Shown: positions 55,820 through 64,000 of the stretch, piece after piece | How positions within the stretch are numbered: position 1 is the first letter of the stretch | How the letters are laid out: every line of letters starts with the position of its first letter | NCBI GenBank assembly: GCA_964016885.1 | Contig: OZ024742.1 | Location: 40,424,001-40,488,000 of the forward strand | Source: Eledone cirrhosa | Taxonomy: Eukaryota | Direction of reading: 5' to 3' | Length of the DNA: 64,000 nucleotides | Program-made: the position numbers and the translations under genes | Notes under the pieces: model-generated | Databases searched by the model: none | Seen by the model: the letters and a program-made list of their open reading frames with translations, nothing else | What the model was told of the DNA's origin: nothing

Positions 55820-56085
55820 TAAGCCAGAAGGCTCATTAGGTCGGTGCTTATCCTGATTTCATGGCGTGAAATGACTGTGAGTCAAGACTCCCCCTAGACA
55901 GGATGCCAGTCCATTGCAGGGTTAAACCCCCAGCTATTGCTGGTACTCATTTTCAGCTGAGTATGCTGGAGCAATGTGAAATGAAGTGTTTTGCTCAAGA
56001 ACATAACATGCAACCCAACCAAGGAATCAAACCCACAGCATTATGATCATAAGTCCAACACCCTTACCACTAGGTCATGTGCCCC
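55820..56085 (-). mobile_element. Decayed tRNA-derived SINE
   Basis: gagcaatgtgaaatgaagtgttttgctcaag core and an antisense tRNA-like head at ~56020-56085. Confidence 0.6.
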
Positions 56086-57589
56086 CACAAACTCTTAACA
56101 TGCATGCACAAAAAGGTTAACCATTTGAATTACAGGTAAAACTCATTTTCCAAGCAAAGTGAACTGGAGCAACATGAAATAAACTGTCTTGCTCAAAGAA
56201 ACAATGTTCTACCATGAATCAAACTCACATTCTTACGATCATGAGCTGAACAGTCCTAACAATTAAACCACACACCTTCCCAGATGAACTATAAATAATA
56301 GTCAAATAAGTTGAATAAAGAAACAGAAAAGATTAAACAGTTCTATCTCCAGGAGTATTTTACTTGATTTATTGGACAATTGTTCAGAGTTTATAAACAT
56401 TCTAGAAGCTTTTTAAAAGCAAAATGTATTTTAAAATGCCCTCATTGCTTCATAAATGAATCAACGTTGTTTGATTAATAATTGTTTGATTAATAATATC
56501 AGTTAATGATTATATTGATTAATAATTATACCAATTTCCTGTTTATATTTCTCCAAGCATTCACAGTATACCCAATTTTGTCTGAGACAGCCAGCGTGTG
56601 GGACCCCATTTGCTCATAATAGAGATGGGGAGGGTCAGAGAGATGGAGGCCATGACAGTGGGATTTCTGCTCCTCTGCATTCAGACCTGGTGTACTTGTA
56701 TGTGTATGCTTATTCTCTTATCATATAGATATATTTATTCTCCATAGTCCAGCTATTTTATAGGACCTAAGATCCACTTGTCATTTGCAACTCCCTTAAT
56801 ACTGCTTATAAAAATACTCCTCCCTTGGTTTTGTCACGAGAAGAAGGGGAAATTGACACAACATAAGATTGTTGTCTCTGCTGACTTCTAAAATGAAACA
56901 GAGGAACATTGGTTGTAAGTAATTGGTAAAGATGGTGAAGATGCTTTTTACTGAATGTTGATATAAATAAATAAACAAACAAGTAAATGAATAAATAAAT
57001 AAAGCCTAATAGGGTGAGGGGGTTATATAAGTATTGTGTTTTTATATTTATTCCTAACAAGATACTTAGTGTACAAGACTCATCATGATGATGATAGTAG
57101 GTGGTGATGATAGTGATGGTGATGATAATCATGGTGGTGTTGATAGGGATGATGATGATGATGGTGACACTGATGATCATAGTGGTGATGGATGATGATC
57201 ATCATAATGATAATGATGATCATCATAGTGGTGGTGGGGATGATGATGATAATGGTAATGATGATGATGAAGATGATAATTATGATGGCAGTGATGGTTA
57301 CCAAGCAATCGTTTCACCCCTAACAAAAATAAAATAAAAACCCCAAAAAGATGGGGTTTATTTTTTAAATCACCTCAAAATATAAAACAGTAAAAGTAAG
57401 GTGATACAGAAATAGGTGTGCTGCTGTAACTATGGTGATATAAAGAGGAGTAACCCATAAAATATGAAGAACATAAAAAACATGTAATGCAAACAAAGGG
57501 AAAAGATGCAGAAAAGAAAAGAAAAGAGTGTAAAAAAAACACTTTAAAAATATAGAAATATATACAAAAACAAGCAAAAGACAAGAAGC

Positions 57590-58830
57590 AAAGCAACAAC
57601 AACAACAACCAGAATACTGACAACAACAATATGAACAATAAATATCAACAACAACAATAACAATGACAATATTGACTACACCAAGTACAACAACAACAAC
57701 TACTACTACTACTACTACTACTACTACTGCAGCAATATCAGCAACTATAACTACAACAACATTGACAACCAGTTCAACAATATCGACAACAACAATAACT
57801 AGAACAACATTGATAACCAGTTCAATACCAACAACAACAACTACAACAATAGCACCAACAACAACAACAACTACAACAATAGCACCAACAACAACAACTA
57901 AAACAATAGCACCAACAATTATTACAACATTGACAACAAGTAGAAGAATATCGACATCAAGTATGTCAACAACAATAATCTCAACAGAGTCAACAATGTC
58001 AACAATATTGACAAGAATATCAACAAACATTAAATCAATGTCAACAACAATATTGACAACAATATCAACACCAAGTACACCACCACCAACAACAACAACT
58101 CCAAGTGCACCACCACCAACAACAACAACTCCAAGTGCACCACCACCAACAACAACAACTCCAAGTGCACCACCACCACCAACAACATCAACTCCAAGTG
58201 CACCACCACCACCAGCAACAACTCCAAGTGCACCACCACCAACAACAACAACTCCAAGTGCACCACCACCACCAACAACATGAACACCAAGTGCACCACC
58301 ACCACCAACAACATCAACTCCAAGTGCACCACCACCAGCAACAACTCCAAGTGCACCACCACCACCAACAACATCAACTCCAAGTGCACCACCACCACCA
58401 ACAACATCAACTCCAAGTGCACCACCACCACCAGCAACAACTCCAAGTGCACCACCACCAACAACAACAACTCCAAGTGCACCACCACCACCAACAACAT
58501 GAACACCAAGTGCACCACCACCACCAACAACATCAACACCAAGTGCACCACCACCACCAACAACAACTCCAAGTGCACCACCACCACCAGCAACAACAAC
58601 TACAATAATAGCATCTAATACAACAAGATCAACAACAACAACACCAAGCGTACCATCAACAACTCCAAATGCTCCACAAACAACATTAACTCCTAGTGCA
58701 CCAACAACAACTCCAAATGATGCTCCACCAACAACAACAACATCTCTAAGTGCACCAACAAGAACACCTACAGCAACCACAACAATATCAACAAGTACAA
58801 CAACAATAATAACAGCAATGATTATGACAA
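57590..58830 (+). repeat. (ACA/ACC)n low-complexity region with a 30/33-bp repeat (aacaactccaagtgcaccaccacc)
   Basis: Directly visible. Triplet periodicity keeps several frames open. Confidence 0.85.
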
Positions 58831-60702
58831 CTAAATTGAGAAAATGTTGCACGATGGTAACTTATCCAGTTATTGATTTTCTGTGCTCAGTCGAACTGGA
58901 GGGAAAAACTACTTCCAGGAGTGAAAAGAAAAATGTATGTATTTAATCCTCAAAGGAAAAAATATATATAAACTGCTGACTGACTAAACAGGCAGACAGA
59001 CTCTGGGACAAACAGATAATCATGATTCTACTTTTATTTATTTTATTCATTATTATTTCTTTTATGTTTGTTTTTGGTAAGGGAGAGGACAAGTAGTAAA
59101 CATATGCACCCAACTCTACATTTTTTTCTTAATTTCTTTTTTTTTTATTAAGATAAAGTGAATAGATGATTGATTGTCTTAATATATTTCTGATAGGAAT
59201 TGGGAGAGTTGTTAGAGCACTGAATACAATTCCTTGTATGATTTGTTCTTGCTCTTTGTACATTGAGTTCAAACCTCCGTCGAGGTGAGCTTTGCTTTTT
59301 AATAAATGATGTACCCATCTGTTGCTCAGTTTCATTTAAAACATCCACCTGCCCTTTAGGTGCCATTAGAAGAGCCCACTCTGGTGCAAGCATTCAAGCT
59401 TCGTCTCCAGTTTGAAGATACCTTCCTCCCTCCCACTAGTCTTGGAGACACTGGACAGTGTTAGGGATATTACCCTTCCCTTGTTGATTAAACAATAAAA
59501 ACAAAAGTCTTTAAGTAATGGTGTCATTTTTTTTCTCTCTTGCTCTTGTAGAATTATGGCATCAGATATGGTACCTTGTATTTGTTCCAAATCCTGCCAT
59601 GGTCAACTTTCTCTTTCATCCTTTTGGGGCCAATAAAATAAAGTACCAATTCATGGCAGTGAATTTGCAAAATTGTAAGAGCATTAATTTGCAGTATTTA
59701 TTCCAGAAATTTGCATTTTGAGTTCAAATTCTACTTTGTAATTGCAATCTTCCAATTATGAAACTGAAAATTTATTTAGGATACTGGATTGCAAACTACT
59801 CATGCATATTCCATAAATATCTTCCTTTTCCTATATCACATTTACCACATTGATATCAAGTAGATACTTGACCTTCACAACAGAACTTGTGTGTTTTGTT
59901 GTCTGGAATTGGAATAACAATGTTGAATCATTTGTGTTTTAATTTGGTGCTAGTTTCTATTTTCAAGTAATGCCAATATTCTATTCTTTTCAGCCTTCAG
60001 TGTCAAGTATATTGACTTTACAGTATAGGCTGTATGCATTTTATCATGGCACCAGAGTTACCACATTACAGTGTTCATTTTATTGTAGCATCAAAACTAT
60101 CACTACTATAAGATGTATTACTAACACCAATAGGTGTTTAGACATATACTTTGTTATATTCTGAGTTGTTTAATTATTCCATCATGTAAACTAATGTCAC
60201 TTCCCTTAACTTATTCATGACTATTTACAGATGGCTTTGTAGTAATATGCCTCAAGTCAAATGAATTAAGATGTTACATTTGAACCATGTATCTCAGTCC
60301 TATATAATACAAATATATATGAGTGGGTGAAAGAGAGAAAGAGAAAGAGTTTCAAGGCATATATGTATGTGTTTGAATATCTACATATATATGTTTATAC
60401 GTGTTGTTGAATTAAGATGTGTGACAATTTATGTATGTTTGTTCTATATATGAAATATGTGTATAAAGTTTGACGGTTCAATCCTATTGTGGGACATCTT
60501 GGGCAAGTATCTTTACCACAGCCTCATGTCAACCTAAGCCATGTAAGTTTAACTGTGTAGAAGTACTTGTAATTCAAAGGTCAAGCCTTATCACATTGCA
60601 TTTCACTGTTACATATTGCACTGATATCATTTTTGAATTATGTTAAGGGTGCATGTGTCTGTGGAATATTCAACTATTTACTCATTAATTCATGTGCTAG
60701 AC

Positions 60703-61059
60703 CAGGGGTTCTCAAAGTGGGCGCTACTGCCCCCCCCCCTCCCTCTCCCACCTCTGGAGGCATTGGGAAGGTCCAGGAGTACACTGTAGCCTAAGAGGGT
60801 GGTGGGGGCAGTAGAGATATATCAATAATATATCAAATAATACATATTATATATAAATATAGTAAAATAAAAAATATATATTTATTTATATATAGTATAT
60901 ATTATATTATTTATTATATATAAATTAACAATTTTATTTATTATATATTATTCACAATTTGAGTGTAGGCAGGTCTCTCTGGAAATGGGGAGGGGGGTCA
61001 CTGATGGTATTACATGACTGTGAGAGGGGGCAGTGACCCAAAAAGTTTGAGAACCTCTA
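60703..61059. mobile_element. hAT (Charlie/MER5-like) MITE with 8-bp TSD tgcta(g/a)ac
   Basis: CAGGGGTTCTCAAA ... TTTGAGAACCTCTA. Confidence 0.8.
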
Positions 61060-61229
61060 TGCTAAACATTCTCTCTTGAACAAACAACTGAACTTTCATC
61101 ATCAGAACTAATGAAGGACCCATTATATGTATATTGTTGTTATTGTCGCTGTATAACCCCAGGTCAAGTGTCATTAAGTAGATCTATCTGGCCAACTATG
61201 TACAACCTACAGATTTCTTGTTCCAGATA

Positions 61230-61436
61230 TATAAGTGGGCCAAAAGTCACTTCCTATTAAAAGAAATTCATAATTTTTTTATTATTAATTGTTCTTTTTT
61301 TTTCTTTCTGATTAAAGTTGAATAAAAACAAGATCCAATTATGGAAAAATACACCCTCCAAGAAAAATCAGTTTTGAGTTAATTTGTAATGTTTTATAAA
61401 TAAAAATAAATAAGAAGTGACTTTTGGCCCACCCTG
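61230..61436. mobile_element. Tc1/mariner-like MITE
   Basis: TIRs gtgggccaaaagtcacttc (61235-61253) and gaagtgacttttggcccac (61414-61432). Confidence 0.75.
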
Positions 61437-62139
61437 TTCTATTTTCCTGTCTCACTGAGTACTGTACTGTTCACTTTGATATGCAGTGGTTTATTGTATC
61501 TGCTGAAAGTACAACAGTTTGTGTATGTTGTATACTTTATCTCTCTCTCAAACAAGGTTAGCTTTGTAATAATGAGGCCCTGAGTTCAATCCCACTGTAT
61601 GGCATCTTTACCAAGTGTTACTTACCATAGCCTCAGGACAACCCATGTTTTGTGAGTGAAATTGTGTATACATAAACTGTTCAGAAGCATGTCAAATGGA
61701 CTGTACACGAAATTCAAAGGGTGACCCTATCACACACATTTACACAATCTTCCTAAAAATTCCATTAAGGGCACATGTGTATGTGAAATGCTTAGCTACC
61801 TGCATGTAAACTTCATGAGCAAGCTGCTCCATTGATCCAACAACTGAAATATTCATCATCAAAATCAATAGAGGTCCATTTCATGTATATAATCATACAT
61901 GTGTATATGTATGCATATGTGAATACATAAATACAATTCTGCATATATATAAAATATAATCAAATTAAAGCGAAATTATGATTGTATTTCCTTGCATAAA
62001 TAATATTTGTCTCTTAGCTTGCATCAATTAAATATAAGAGCTAGCTTTGTCTCCTACTGGAATCATTTCACTTCATTAAAACTAACTGCCACTACTACTA
62101 CTACTGCTGCTGCTATTGTTGCTACTAATAACAACAATA

Positions 62140-62361
62140 ATAATAATGATTTCTACTATAGGTAGAAGGACAGCAATTTGGGAGGAGGGGAAAGTCAATT
62201 AAATCGACCCCAGTGCATTACTGGTACTTTACTTTATCAACCTCGCAAGGATGAAAGGCAAAGCTAACCGCAGCAGGATTTGAACTCAGAATGTAAAGGG
62301 CCATAACTATGCTTCAAAGCATGGTGTCTGATGCTCTACCAATACTGCCAATCCACCACCC
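62140..62361 (-). mobile_element. tRNA-derived SINE (family 1)
   Basis: Reverse complement of the 33649 family. Confidence 0.8.
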
Positions 62362-62533
62362 TAACAACAATAATACTATTACTATCAAGTCCAACAACAA
62401 CCACCATCTCCACCAATAACTAAAACCTTCTTGTGACATGAGTTGTTTAACTCAAGTTCAGTTCCATTTGAGAGAACGTAAGATTAAAGGAAATCCAGTC
62501 ATAATTACCCCATCGCTTTTATATTTAGAGGTT

Positions 62534-63053
62534 CCTCTCATATATTCAATTGTATTACACGGCTTGGAAAGATTCCCTTCCTTGAGCTATTTAATTGTAA
62601 AAGACTATTTTGAGTTTCTAACTCAATCTATGATATTCTCGGCTCCATACGTAGAGCTAACTTTAGTCTCATAAAACCGGCTGCTACTTTTAGCGGCATG
62701 AGTATGAGACGCGCTAGGTGCTGTAACATGTGCTTTTATATCAATACATGGTTCAGTCTTCTTAGATCTTTTGAAGTGAAAGGTACGAATTTCCTGGATA
62801 CCCGCAGAAGAGCACAGGAATGGTGGCTTTCACTTAATAATCCTTGCGAAACAGATTTTAGATCTGTCCGGGTATCAAAGGCAGTTGCCCGATATAGGTT
62901 TGTTATTTTTATTGATTTATTACTTTAAATCGAGACAGGCAAACCATATAGTTTTCAATTAGTATTTTTTCAACCTAGCTAACTTGGTCATTTGCAATTC
63001 GAACACATGTATACTTGTATCGGTGTTCATCCCTCTCATATATTCAATTGTAT
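62534..63053 (+). mobile_element. ~500-bp HHR-containing unit with 22-bp terminal direct repeats (retrozyme-like)
   Basis: cctctcatatattcaattgtat at 62534 and 63032. Ends in (TA)n(GA)n. Confidence 0.6.
62797..62876 (+). ncRNA. Type I hammerhead ribozyme with full stems and one core substitution (U4A)
   Basis: gatacccg-CAGAAGA-gca.c.agga(loop)tcct.tgc-GAAA-cagatt(tta)gatct-GTC-cgggtatc. Perfect 8-bp stem I and 6-bp stem III. Confidence 0.75.
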
Positions 63054-64000
63054 ATATATATATATAGAGAGAGAGAGAGATGAAGACCAAGTCAGATTCA
63101 TATTATTTAGGAGTTTTGTGTGTCTATTCCCAGGGTCATCACAAGAGTACAAGGCAATTAATTTTACACTGTAATGAAGAAACAAGTTGAGAGATTGACA
63201 TTTCAGACAGGAATCCTTTGTCAAGTAAAAGCAGAAATTTTACTCTGTTTTTATTTTTCAGCAAATGATAACTGTCTGAAAGACTAAACTCTCCAGGGTT
63301 TCTTTCTTGTAGTATAAAATTAATTATTTCGATATAATCAACTTTTCCCATCTCCCAAATGAGAAAAGTAAAAAAATCAAATCAAATAAAACAATATTAT
63401 TGATAATAATATTACACATAGTAATGCAGAAGTTTATCCAACAGTAACACTTTTCACAAGTCAATGAGGGAGCCTTTACATAATAATTTCAGCTGCTAGA
63501 AATAGGAATGAAATCTCCCCCAAATCATACCATAGCATATATAAATCGAAGAAAGACACATTGGGTATGTACCTGACAAAGAAAAAAGAAAAAGAAAACA
63601 GAATGGTCAAGACTAGAACATCTTTGACCATAGCTCTGTTTGGTCAGAGCTAAACAACAATATAGCAGCAATTACTGACAGACAATAATCCTTTGACCAT
63701 TTTATGGCCATATTTTTCATAAAATATTCTGTATTTTAATTTATGGATAATTTAATGTGATTTACTAAAATTATCAATTATTTCATTAAGATGGTATTTA
63801 CAACATAATAAATGGTCCTTATATACAACTAGACCACCTGAGGTCACTTAAAAATATTTTTTTAAATAATTAAAATATACACAGACATATATATAATGTA
63901 AAATGAAATTGGAAGGCCCATATATATATATATATATGTGTGTGTGTTCGTGTGTGTGTGTATATGTGTGTGTGTATACATATTCTCTCTCTATGTCTCT

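Noticed and set aside
57365-58852. Mucin-like TTTPSAPPP frame and 495-aa Val/Gly ORF
   Set aside because: Low-complexity triplet repeat. The Thr/Pro frame has TGA stops at 58281 and 58500 and there are no convincing splice signals. Coding cannot be fully excluded without RNA data.

Overview
AT-rich, repeat-saturated eukaryotic non-coding DNA with no confidently identifiable host gene. The mix of RTE-clade LINE fragments, tRNA-derived SINEs and long (TA)n/(CAT)n tracts resembles a cephalopod (octopus-like) genome; this is an inference. The long ORFs in the track are artefacts of tandem repeats. The window holds decayed RTE LINEs (with a PHD-like C4HC3 finger inside the RT region), at least two SINE families, mariner/Tc1 remnants, hAT-, Tc1/Tc2- and piggyBac-like MITEs, a Helitron-like fragment and four minisatellites (60, 32, 18 and 44 bp). 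The main signal is a dense set of sequence-diverse type I hammerhead ribozyme (HHR) motifs, folded by hand. Six loci are well formed (12.3, 13.5-13.7, 13.9, 30.4-30.7, 36.2-36.8 and 62.8 kb) and several more are decayed or truncated. They sit in short non-coding elements next to (TA)n tracts, either as head-to-head fold-back duplications or as ~500-bp units with terminal direct repeats. This resembles Penelope-like pseudo-LTRs or retrozymes. Ribozyme activity is predicted, not demonstrated.
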